This document shows positions 52,496-64,000 of a DNA stretch of 64,000 nucleotides, one piece after another. Positions within the stretch are counted from its first letter, which is position 1, and each line of letters opens with the position of its first letter. The DNA is from the human T2T-CHM13v2.0 reference genome, Homo sapiens. The notes below the pieces were generated by a model, which saw only the letters and a program-made list of their open reading frames with translations, was not told the DNA's origin and ran no database searches. The stretch lies in the NCBI RefSeq assembly GCF_009914755.1, contig NC_060944.1; one strand, written 5' to 3'. Position numbers and translations under genes: made by a program.

Positions 52496-53858
52496 GCAAC
52501 AGCTCCATCATTTTATGCCCCGTCATCCCTGTGAGGGCTGGCAATGTTGCACTTAACTTTGAGGTGGTTTGTGAACTTCTCTTGATTTCCTCATGCCTGA
52601 TAGTTGCAAAAGCAGTAATAACAGTGACAGTGGTAATGAGAAACTTACTACCAGCATCATTGAAATCCAGTTTCCATGTGAAACTTAGGTTTTTCCCACT
52701 CACATACACCTGGGTTATTTGTGTAGTGCCACTTCAAACCTTAGGAGCATATGGGCTCACAGTCACCTTTGGAAGAGACCTGGCCAGTCTGTAAGTAGAG
52801 GGATGTCTGTGCCAGCCGTCTCTACTCCTGGCTGTTCAGAGGTAATACAAAGTGAAACCCATAAGAAGCCCCCAGGCTATTTGCTGGAGACAGATTCAAC
52901 TGCCAGCACCCTCAGAGACAGAGTCTCATTTTTTAGCCTGGGCTCACAGCATAAGCAGCTCCTCAGCTGATTTCCAGAATCAGTGCAACATTCCCAAAGG
53001 GAGTCACTTGTATCCCAGTTCTCAAGATAGGTGAGTTCTCAAGGTACTTGCAGCCGAAGGCTTAGAAGCACCCAGGACAAGGAGAGAAGGGGGTCAGAAG
53101 CACTCATTCATTCCACAAATGTTAATTGAGTCCATAGTACTGGCTGGGCACATCCCAGGTGCTGGGGACATGCAGAGGTTACGGAGCTGGCATTGGAGAG
53201 GGAAGTCACGTAATGGCAATGCCGGGCTGTATATGATTCATCTGTTCTGAAGCTGATCTTGGATGAATCACCTCCAGGAAGCCACTGGCATTTATTCATG
53301 CAGCCAGCATCTAGTTAGTACCACAAATAGGCTATTGAACTATTACGTCCACTGCACTTAAAAGTAGTAACTTATCTTTGCAGTTTCTGTATCTGTGTTT
53401 CTCAAAGCATGATCCAACGGTATGAGATTCACCTCAGATGTTTTTTTCAAAATGCAGATTCCTGGGCCCTGCTCTAGAGCTATTAGATCAGACTCCCTGG
53501 GGGTGGGACCTAGAATCCTGCATTTTTTCACAAGCTTTCCAGATGATTTTTATGCTGACTAAAGTCTTACAGCCACTGTTATAAGTTGCAGCATTTGATA
53601 TTCATAACTACCAAGGAGATGAGCTCATTTTCCCATTTTGCAGATGAGTAAACTGAGGCTAAGAGAAGGAAAGCAACTTGTCCAGAGACACATAGCTGGG
53701 GGCAGTATCAGCGTGCACACCCACCTCCAGACTCCCAGCCCAGAGCTCAGTCACCCCCCCACAACCTCTAGGGTCTTCCCCAGCTCCCTCAGAAGGGGTA
53801 TTACTAGTTCAGTCCCTATATCTAACCCTCCTCCTCTTTCTTCACACCTTCCCTGCAG

Positions 53859-53961
53859 CTTGAAGAAGAATACCCACACCTACTTCTACACCAGCTTTGC
53901 AGCCTACATCTTCGGCCTGGGCCTTACCATCTTCATCATGCACATCTTCAAGCATGCTCAG
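53859..53961 (+). CDS. HM13: HM13 coding exon 10
   Basis: LKKNTHTYFYTSFAAYIFGLGLTIFIMHIFKHAQ; ccctgcag| acceptor, CAG|GTGGGC donor; 103 nt. Confidence 0.97.
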
Positions 53962-56000
53962 GTGGGCAGGACGGTATCAGAGTGTCAGGAATGCCTCACT
54001 GCAAATAGAGGGACTTACAGAGGGATTTATTTGTAAATGCAAGCAGTCCAGAGATAGGCACTCCCCACTGGTGTTGGAGCAGTCATGTCTGTGATTCTCT
54101 TGGCCTTCCATTTGTGGTTGCAAGATGGCTGCCACTGCTCTAGGCAGCATGGGCACGTTAGAGGCAAGAAGGAGGGAAAAGCGTAACAGCCATGCCTGCT
54201 GCCTTCATCAGGAAGGCAGGAACTTTCCCAGAACCCTTTCAGCATCTCATGGGCCAGACTGGGGTCCTAAAGCCACCCTGGCTACAGGAGAGTCCAGGAA
54301 AGAGGATTTGGCTTCTCAGCCTTGGTAGTGGGAAGCAGGCAGAGAAGAACAGGATTGGAGTGGGTGTTGGGTATTGGGGCGTCCCTCCCCCTACTCCCTA
54401 GTAGACCAGGCTCTGCCTCCTTCTCCCACCAAGATGAGGATGGAGTACTGAGCTGCCACAGAATGAAGCAACATAGCACAAAGACTGGGAGCCCTCAGTG
54501 TGGCCTGGAGAGGGGAAGATTCAGGGGAAAGTGAGCAGACAGGATTGCCCTACTTTCTACTGGAAATAATAAGAGCTCCTGTTTGTTAAGCACTTCCACA
54601 TGTCAGGCTCTGCACTCATGAGGATCCTTGTGAACAGGTGGGGAAACTGGAGTTCAGGTGACACACTGCAAGTATGTGGTAAAGCCAGGATTCAAACCTG
54701 GGTCAGCATGGAAACCACACCCAGGCTCTCAAGCCCTGGCCATGGGAAACGCAGCATTGAACAGGGGCTAAGGGAGCCCTGTTGTGAATCCCAGCACCAC
54801 CCAGTAACCATGGAACTCTGGGCTTGCTGCTTCTGTCCCCTTTCCCCTTCCCCAGGGCCCAAATACAGACGAGCCATCTTTGAATTAATCACAAAAGCTG
54901 GGGTTTTTTTAATCACTCTGTGCCAGGCACTGTGCTAAACTCTTTTGCTAATAACTCATTTAGTCCTAGTACAGTATTACTTTATAGAAGGTCAAAAGGC
55001 CCCTAGCCCATAATTAGAAAAACCAAGAACAACCATTGTGGAACTGCCTCTCACTTCTGCTCAAGGGCTTCAATGGCGTGTAAGGTGAGAGTAACATGCG
55101 TATGGCAAGGGTCACAGAGAGTGACTGGACCTGGTTTGGAGGACTAGTTAAGAGACCTTTTGGAGGTCTCTGCAGCTCCCGGCCCCTTATTGGAGTCCAA
55201 GCCCAGAGCCAATTCCCCCAGTGGCCATAAGGTGGCAGCCTCACCCTCTGCCTGGCTGGACTGAGAAGAGGCTCCCATTCAGAGCTCTGGCACACAGGAG
55301 TCCTCTCCTTTATCGGAAAACTGCAGCGCTGAGAGAACGCGAACACTACATCAGGCTGGGCCCTGGGTGGCGATCTGGACTCCAGACTAATGAACTCCTG
55401 AACCCTGCCCCAAGGCCTGTGTTACTCCCCAGCAGCAGCCCAGCCCTTCTCCCCAGTCATCCAAGTGGGTACCTCTCTGAAAATCCTTGGAAAGGGGATC
55501 CAGGACATGAGGGGACCCTGTCCCATGGGGTCCCCTGCTCTCCAACACACAGGTAGTCCCAGTGCTAGCATTGGTCTAGGTAAGGGTCACCTCTGCCTTT
55601 GTGCAGTGGTGTGATCTCAGCTCATTGGAGCTCCGCCTCCTGGGCTCAAGCAATTCTCCTGCCTCAGCCTCCCAAGTAGCTGGGATTACAGGCGTGCACC
55701 ACCACACCCAGCTGATTTTTATATTTTTAGTAGAGACAGGGTATCACCATGTTGGCCAGTCTGGTTTCAAACTCCTGACCTCAACTGACCTGCCCACCTC
55801 AGCCTCCCAAAGTGCTGGGATTACAAGCGTGAGCCACCACACCCATCCTACTTAGGGATTGTTAGATTCAATAATTTAATATACATAAAGCAGTATTGAT
55901 CACAGCCCACCTATGACAGATGGCAAGAAATAAGTCTGAATGTTAGGATCAAGGGCATGCGGGAAAGACTTCTTTGTTCTCTGGCCAAGGGCTGGCTTTA

Positions 56001-56330
<330 letters not shown>

Positions 56331-57171
56331 TCACCCTCTCCAGGACAATCTCTTCACTTCATGAGCACCCATGAAGACGCACCATGAAGGAGCCATTCAC
56401 TGAGTATTTACCAGGCCCTCTTCAGTATGCAGGGCACACTACGGTGAGCAAGACAGCTGTGGGCCCGCCCTCACTGAACTCACCACCTATGGGGATGTTC
56501 CATTACAAATTGCTGGGGAGGCCAGGCACGATGGCTCACACCCATAATCCCAGCACGTTGGGAGGCAAAAGCAGGTGGATCACTTGAGCTCAGGAGTTCA
56601 AGACCAGCCTGGGGAAAATGGTGACAACCAGTCTCTACAAAAAATACAAAAATTAGCCAGGCATGGAGGCGCACACCTGTAGGCCCAGCAACTTGTAGGA
56701 CTGAGGCGAGAGGATCACTTGAGCCCAGGAGGTCAAGGCTACAGTGAGCCATGTTCATATCACTGCACTTCCGTCTGGGAGACAAAGTGAGACCCTGTCT
56801 CAAAAAAAAAAAAATTGCTGAGGAATGCTGTGAGGGAAATTAGAGGGACTTACAGAGCACGTAGCAAGGGACCTGACTCCATGTGAAAGAACTCAAGTGC
56901 ACCAGCCTGGCCAACATGGTGAAACCGCATCTCTACTGAAAAATACAAATATTAGCCGGGCATGGTGGCGCATGCCTGTAATCCCAGTTACTCAGGAGGC
57001 GGAGGTTGCAATGAGCCAAGATCGCACCATTGCACTCCAGTCTGGGAGACAGAGCAAGACTCTATCTCAAAATCACAAAAAAAAAAAAAAAGAAAAGAAA
57101 AGAAACTCGGCCAGGCGCGGTGTCTCACGCTTGTAATCCCAGCACTTTGGGAGGCCAAGGCAGGCAGATCA

Positions 57172-57748
<577 letters not shown>

Positions 57749-58434
57749 CTATTTTCCCTCTCCTTGTGAAGCATTGGTCTTCCTCCTCTGCAAAAGGATA
57801 ACCATCATGGGATGTGGCAGTGGGCTGACTTCCTGGGAAGGCTAAGCTCAGTGCCTGCACAGTAGATGTTCATGAACAGGGTCTTAGTATAACCGTCCTT
57901 TTCTCCAAACCCAGCTTTACCAGGAGTCTCAGCACAGACATGCCAAATTGCTTGGGTGTGAATCCTGGGGGAGCCAGTGACCAGCTAGGTCACCTTAATA
58001 CAGGCTGCAACAAGTAGTTATTACATAGCAGCTGTGGTGTCATCATCACTATAATAGCATCTCCTGGAGCATTTGCTAAAATGCAGGTGTGAGCCCCAGA
58101 CCTCAGGAAGCAGAGTCTCTGGGAGTAGGACCAAACCAGGAAGTTGCTTTTTGAACCTGGTGACCTAGGTGATTCAGATGCTGCCAGCCAAACCCCTGGG
58201 AACCCTTGAAGCCCTGCCTACTTGAGTTTCTTAGTTTTCTTGCATTCCCTCTCGGGAGGAGCAACCCTTGTCTGGGAGTTAGGAGCCCTGGGTTCAGGCC
58301 CAGCCACTGACTTGCTATGGTCCTGGACCAGTCACTGTCCTTCAGTCCAGCCCAGAAGGGGTTTGGGGTGCTGGGCACGGCCCTGAGGCAGTGCCGTGCC
58401 CAGCATGGCTTCACCAGCCTGTGTCCTCTCATAG

Positions 58435-58520
58435 CCTGCCCTCCTATACCTGGTCCCCGCCTGCATCGGTTTTCCTGTCCTGGTGGCGCTGGCCAAGGGA
58501 GAAGTGACAGAGATGTTCAG
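58435..58520 (+). CDS. HM13: HM13 coding exon 11 (QPALLY motif)
   Basis: PALLYLVPACIGFPVLVALAKGEVTEMF(S); ctctcatag| acceptor, CAG|GTAAGG donor; 86 nt. Confidence 0.98.
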
Positions 58521-60302
58521 GTAAGGCAGAGTGGGGGGCAGATGTCCTCATGGGCACCAGTGTGCCTGCTGGCAGTCAGTGGAACCTGCTGGGGGTATCT
58601 TTACACCTCTCCAGGGGAACATTGTTCCTGCCACCAGCCCCACCCCTTGCCTTTTTCAGCAGTACATGGGTACCTGGCCTGTGGACACCAGTGGGAACCT
58701 TACCCTGGGCCAGGAGCCAGGGGAGCGCAAGGCATCAGAGCCCTCTAGGCATCCCCCATCCAAATGTTAGCTGGATCTTAAGAATAGCTGTTGTGGATTT
58801 TTCTCTGCCTACTGTCAGAAGTCCTAGGTGACTCTGCCCCCAGGTGACTTCAGGCATGTCTTCCCCTCCCATGGCCTCAGTTTTCACATGTGAGTAATAG
58901 AACAGGGGGCGTGTGGGATGCCCTAGTGTGGTAGAAAGTGCCCCGAGTAGAAGGCAGGTGTCAGTCCCTGTTCATTCACCTCTGTGGCTTTAACCCACAG
59001 CTCACTGCTTTCTCTATATCTGTATCTCACACAGATACCCCTTCCCCAGGGCCATATCCACACCTACCACACCCTGCACACAGCCCCACCCATACCGCAA
59101 GGCCTGCGTGACTCCAACAGGTGTCTGCCCCCAGCACTGCCGACCCTGCCTGCCAGGGACCTAGAAATAGCTGTCAGTTGCGATTAAAGCTGCCTACTCG
59201 GGTGCCTTCCGCCCAGTTCCACCTGCCTGGCCTCCAAGCTGTCCCTAGAGCGCTTGCCAGGGCCTCCTGTGCACCTGGCTCCCCGCAGGGGAGCCTGTGA
59301 CTCACCCCTCCCCCGGACCTGCCTCTGCCCTCCCTGTCCTGTCTAGAATCCCCAGCCCCCCGCCTGCCTGCCCACATTGCCTCGCCCAGCAAAGCTCTGT
59401 GGTCTGAGGCAAGTGGGGGCTAGGGGTGAACTTGGGGACAGGTCTCAGGGAGCTTTGGGAGCAGGCATGGCACCCGATCCCTGAGCTTAGCACCCATCCT
59501 TCACCCTCCCTCTGCTTCCCATCCAGCCCAGGTTTCCCTGCCCCTCCCCTTGGGGTAACCACCCAATGCTATTGTGCCCTCATCAGGCAAAGCTCTGAAT
59601 ACACAAGGCAGAGGGTGCCCCTGGCCTTTACCTGCTTGGTGCTAAATGCTCTGCCATACAGGTACCCTGCCCCCACTGTTTGCCCTCCACTCCCACCCTG
59701 GACATTCTTAGATTGGGGTAAAAAGCAAGTGATCTCTCTCTCTCTCTCTCTCCCTCCTTTCTCCCCATTTCTCTCCCAATTCTCCACCTTTTTACTTTTC
59801 CCTTCTATTCTCCTCCTTTTTTTATTGATTTACTTATTTTTATATTGGTACCACATTCACATAGTTAAAAATTCCAAAGCTGTAACAGAGAGAGCACCCT
59901 CATGCTCCAGCTACCCCACAGAGGCCAGCAGTGTTACACAGACATTCAGACACCTGTGCACTGATGTGTGTATACTTTTTCTTGCACAGACGGTGGCATT
60001 CTTGGAGCATTCTGCACATTGGGTTTCTACGGTATTTCTTAGAGGTGTTTCCACAGCAGCACATACACTTCTAGAGCATGCTTGTTCTTCTGCACAGTGG
60101 CCTGATGTGCCTTTGTCTAGGTGCATCTTTCTTTTTTCATTCTCCAAATAATATCAGCTTCTTTCCATAAAATCTGGAAGTGCAAAAATAGGTAAAAACA
60201 AGACAGTTCTGCTCTCTGCTCCTTGGAAAGGAAGTCTCTGTCCTCCCTTAGTCTTTCCCTATCCATCTCTTTTTTTCTGTCTCTTCTCTCTCTCTCACAC
60301 AG

Positions 60303-60453
60303 CTACGAGTCCTCGGCGGAAATCCTGCCTCATACCCCGAGGCTCACCCACTTCCCCACAGTCTCGGGCTCCCCAGCCAGCCTGGCCGACTCCATGCAGC
60401 AGAAGCTAGCTGGCCCTCGCCGCCGGCGCCCGCAGAATCCCAGCGCCATGTAA
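60303..60453 (+). CDS. HM13: HM13 alternative penultimate exon (394-aa SPP-beta C-terminus, or a 49-codon insert giving 426 aa)
   Basis: Long CT-rich tract then cacacag|; continues exon 11 in phase as YESSAEILPHTPRLTHFPTVSGSPASLADSMQQKLAGPRRRRPQNPSAM*; TAA at 60451-60453; internal donor AT|GTAATG at 60450 gives a 147-nt in-frame cassette. Confidence 0.9.
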
Positions 60454-61344
60454 TGCCCAGCGGGTGCCCACCTGCCCGCTTCCCCCTACTGCCCCGGGGC
60501 CCAAGGTAGGGCAGACACTGCAGCTCCAGTGCATAGGGCAGGGACCATTGCCAGGAGTAGGCCGCAAGAGCAGCTCCTCCACAACCACCAGGCAGTGGTT
60601 GCACCGAGCCATAGGGCTGGGAAGCAGGACAACCCCGAAGCTTCCTGCCCTCACCAGTAATGCGGGGCCCACATCATAGTGGATGGAAATGGCCCTTGTC
60701 ATGCAGTAGTAGATACTGTTACCATTCAAGGTATATGTATAACCTTAGGCAAGTTACTTTCTTCATCTGTAAGTGGGCACATTCCTGCCTCACGGGGTTT
60801 ATCTGGTGAGGAAAGATTTGTATTATCTTTGGCATGAACTCAGTTGCTTGAAAAATGAAGCCCATAGAAGAAGCTAAGCCAGGGTGTCTGTCTTCAGAGC
60901 AGCACCTTGCCGCTTGCCAGTACAGCAGTGCCCTCACCTCTGGGGCTGAGCTGTTTGATTCATGCTGTGTGCCCTGGGAGGCAGCCTATCTCCATCTCTT
61001 GTAGCCTTGTCATGGCCACCCCTTTTTCCACGCTACAGCAGAAGGTTCAGGAAGCTTGAAATCAGCCCACACAAGCCCAGGCCCAACCTCTCTTCCATTG
61101 GCTGCTGCCCTTGCTGCCTCCTGGTACCCCCAGGCTCAGAGAAAGCAGAGCAGCCTGCCTGAGGAGGGCATGTGGTAGGGCTGGGGCCAGGCGCTGTTAG
61201 GTGCTGGGCAGTGGACACAGGGCTGACGCTCTGCATGTGACCAGGCGCTTTCCTAGGATGGGGGTGGGGGAAGGGGACAACCAAGGTTCTGCTCACCCTC
61301 TCCTCTAAATGAATTTTTATTGTTGTTTTTTTTTTTTTGGTCAG

Positions 61345-61444
61345 TTATGAGGAGTCAAATCCTAAGGATCCAGCGGCAGTGACAGAATCCAAAGAGGGAA
61401 CAGAGGCATCAGCATCGAAGGGGCTGGAGAAGAAAGAGAAATGA
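61345..61444 (+). CDS. HM13: HM13 last coding exon (C-terminal KKEK ER-retrieval motif)
   Basis: T-rich acceptor ...ggtcag|; YEESNPKDPAAVTESKEGTEASASKGLEKKEK*; summed CDS 1134 nt = 377 aa. Confidence 0.98.
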
Positions 61445-61745
61445 TGCAGCTGGTGCCCGAGCCTCTCAGGGCCAGACCAGACAGATGGGGGCTGGGCCCA
61501 CACAGGCGTGCACCGGTAGAGGGCACAGGAGGCCAAGGGCAGCTCCAGGACAGGGCAGGGGGCAGCAGGATACCTCCAGCCAGGCCTCTGTGGCCTCTGT
61601 TTCCTTCTCCCTTTCTTGGCCCTCCTCTGCTCCTCCCCACACCCTGCAGGCAAAAGAAACCCCCAGCTTCCCCCCTCCCCGGGAGCCAGGTGGGAAAAGT
61701 GGGTGTGATTTTTAGATTTTGTATTGTGGACTGATTTTGCCTCAC

Positions 61746-61751
61746 ATTAAA
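61746..61751 (+). terminator. HM13 distal polyadenylation signal (ATTAAA)
   Basis: ATTAAA about 300 nt after the stop codon, preceded by U-rich/TGTA sequence. Confidence 0.75.
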
Positions 61752-63049
61752 AACTCATCCCATGGCCAGGGCGGGCCACTGTGCTCCTGGAAGATTCTCT
61801 GTTTAAGCACCCAGTGTCTTGCCCTGGGTTTTCTAGGTCTCACCTGCCCACCCAAAATCTTTTCTGCAAGCCCCTTAAGGGTGCCCACCCCAGTGCCTGG
61901 CCAGCCCTGCACCCGTAAAACACCTTTTAGCCAGTAGAGGGGGCCCACGAGCCCTCTCTCACCAGCTAGCACTTTTCTCACCACCTTCCTCGAAATACTT
62001 GGGGGCAGCAAGGGTGTTGGCAGATGAGAGTCTCCCACTCACCATGGTGAGAGTGGTGGGGAGTACCCAGGGCTGACCTGACTCACAAGGGAAGCAGTAA
62101 CTGTAGAACCTGCCAGCCTCCCTGGTCCCTGTGCCCATATGGCTTCGGCTGATGAGGGCTCAGACTCTAGGTTGCCCTGAAGATCAAGGCTTTGTCTCCC
62201 ATTCTGCCCATTCCTGGGTTTCTTCCCAAAATGACTACTGTGGGGCCAGTCATGGCACAAGGGCCAGGACCTCTAGAGGCTGGGGTGGGGAAGGACTGAG
62301 CTAGTGATTCTTAGAGGCCTTCTGGGGCCTAAGAGCTGAAATCTCAGCGCCCGGGTTTCCCTAAAGTTTGCTGAAGACAGCAGCCCCGGCCAGCAGGAGA
62401 CCGACCGGGCACCACCCCAAACCAGGCAAACGGTGGCCACAACCCTCATCCACCCACCTGGTATGAGGTCACTGAGTGGGGAAACAGACAGGAGCGGGTG
62501 GCCACCATACTGACAGACCCGGGGCTCTCCCTTGCCCAAGCTTCAGGTTCAAAGGCTGAAAATAACAGTGGCTTCCAGTTTGGAAGTGGCCAAAGGACAA
62601 TCATGACCAGAGACTCAGGAGTATGACTGTAATACCCTCACTAGGTATTGACATGCACTAAGCACCTTGATATAGGATTTCACTTCCTTCTGAGTCTTGG
62701 GCTGTATGTGCTATTATTCGCTCCGCTGTGCAGATGAGGGAATTGAGGCAGCTTGCCCATGGACATCGATTTGACCTTAGCCAAGCCAAACAATTCCAGG
62801 TTCCTAAGGACCGCAGCTCCTCCCCAGACCCCTGGGACCAAGTCACTGGCTGGTGTGCTGGGCATCCCTGAGCCCCAGCCACCCAATTTTACTGGCTCCA
62901 GGGTTCTATAGGAAGGAAAAGGGGTAGAAAATTTCAAAAGGCTTCTTCCTTTCAGGGAGGGGGGTTCCCTTTCAGGGGCTTCTGGAATCTCTACCCACTC
63001 CAGCCAACTCTGAGGCCATGTGGTCCTGGAACAAGGCCCCTCTGAGGCA

Positions 63050-63380
63050 GATGGGGCAGGCGGCCCAGGCACATAGCATGGTTGGCTCTGCGGCCCAGGG
63101 CGCACAAAGGCCTTATTGAGTCACCACCAGCCCCCGGCAGAGGCTGAGGTGGCAGTGGCGCCGAGCGCCTGCCACCTAATGACTGTCCTGGTCCAGCCAG
63201 ATGTTCCACAGACCTCCGGAGCAGCGGACTAGGGCCCGCCCGGCCAGCCGGCACCGCAGAGGCCACTGTAATTCCAATTAACCAGCTTCAGCTGAGCAAA
63301 CAGCGGGCAGTGGTGGCCCAGCCCAGGCGGTAGGCCTGGCCCGCAGAGCCTGCGAGTCTAGACTCCAGATGTGAACCGCC
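63050..63380. promoter_or_regulatory. CpG-rich candidate enhancer with SMAD/AP-1 motifs
   Basis: TGAGTCA 63117-63123, TGGCGCC 63156-63162 and GTCTAGAC 63356-63363 in non-repetitive, CpG-retaining sequence. Confidence 0.5.
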
Positions 63381-63683
63381 ACCATCAGAGTCCCATGGAA
63401 AAATGGCACCAGGCCGGGCAAGGATTGGGCCTGCATGCTGGGGAGGGGGTGTGGGTGGTTGGGCAGGGCCCCGAGTGGGCTAGATGCCAGCCTCACCTGG
63501 TTTGGGGTGGATTATTAGGAAACTGCTCTAGAACCCAAGTTCTACCCTGCTTTATTAGATTCTGTTTCTGTGCCTCAGTCTCCCATGACTGCGACAAGAG
63601 AGAGGGTTCCAAGGGGAAAACCAGCCCTGCTGAGACCCCAGTGTGCACTGACTGTATTTCACGTGACTAGCATTATGCTAGTG

Positions 63684-63895
63684 CAACTGACCCTTGAACA
63701 ACACAGGGATTAGGGGCACCAACCCATCATGGTCGAAAATCTGTATAACTTTTCAGTCCCGCAAAACAACTAATAGTCTGCTGTTGACCAGAAGCCTTAC
63801 CTGATAACATAAACAGTCAAAACATCTTGTATGTTATACGTACTACACTGTCTACCATAGAGTAAGCTAGAGAAAATGTAATTAAGAAAATCCTA
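63684..63895. mobile_element. Tigger2-family DNA transposon fragment
   Basis: Begins CAACTGACCCTTGAACAACAC (Tigger2-type TIR); truncated by an Alu at about 63898. Confidence 0.65.
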
Positions 63896-64000
63896 AGAGC
63901 CAGGCATGGTGGCTCATGCCTGTAATCCCAGCATTTTGGGAGGCCAAGATGGGCAGATCAGGAGGTCAGGAGATCGAGACCATCCTGGCTAACATGGTGA

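Noticed and set aside
59426-60151. 241-aa ORF, the longest unexplained ORF
   Set aside because: GTG start, low-complexity pyrimidine tract plus degraded repeat-like sequence, no recognisable domain, and it lies in HM13 intron 11.

Overview
Human, very Alu-rich genomic DNA, recognisable as the HM13 locus (20q11.21, from recall). It contains the complete + strand HM13 gene (signal peptide peptidase, a GxGD intramembrane aspartyl protease). Twelve core coding exons from 6778 to 61444 sum to 1134 nt = 377 aa + stop, with all GT-AG junctions in phase, and there is an alternative penultimate exon at 60303. Nested in intron 4 on the same strand is the intact, intronless retrogene MCTS2/MCTS2P (39728-40273, 181 aa) with its own CpG-island promoter. 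This is the known imprinted unit whose promoter methylation controls allele-specific polyadenylation of the host gene. Upstream of HM13, an Alu-fragmented processed CD24 pseudogene (about 1195-5154) is missed by the ORF track. The central system is already described, not novel. The most promising less-explored leads are: an in-frame MCTS2-to-HM13 splice donor predicting a chimeric protease; a dual-donor/stop switch in the penultimate exon at the NMD boundary; an in-frame GTG N-terminal extension; an inverted pair of related LTRs in intron 2; and a SMAD/AP-1 motif cluster downstream of the gene. No database searches were run; comparisons with parental genes are from memory.
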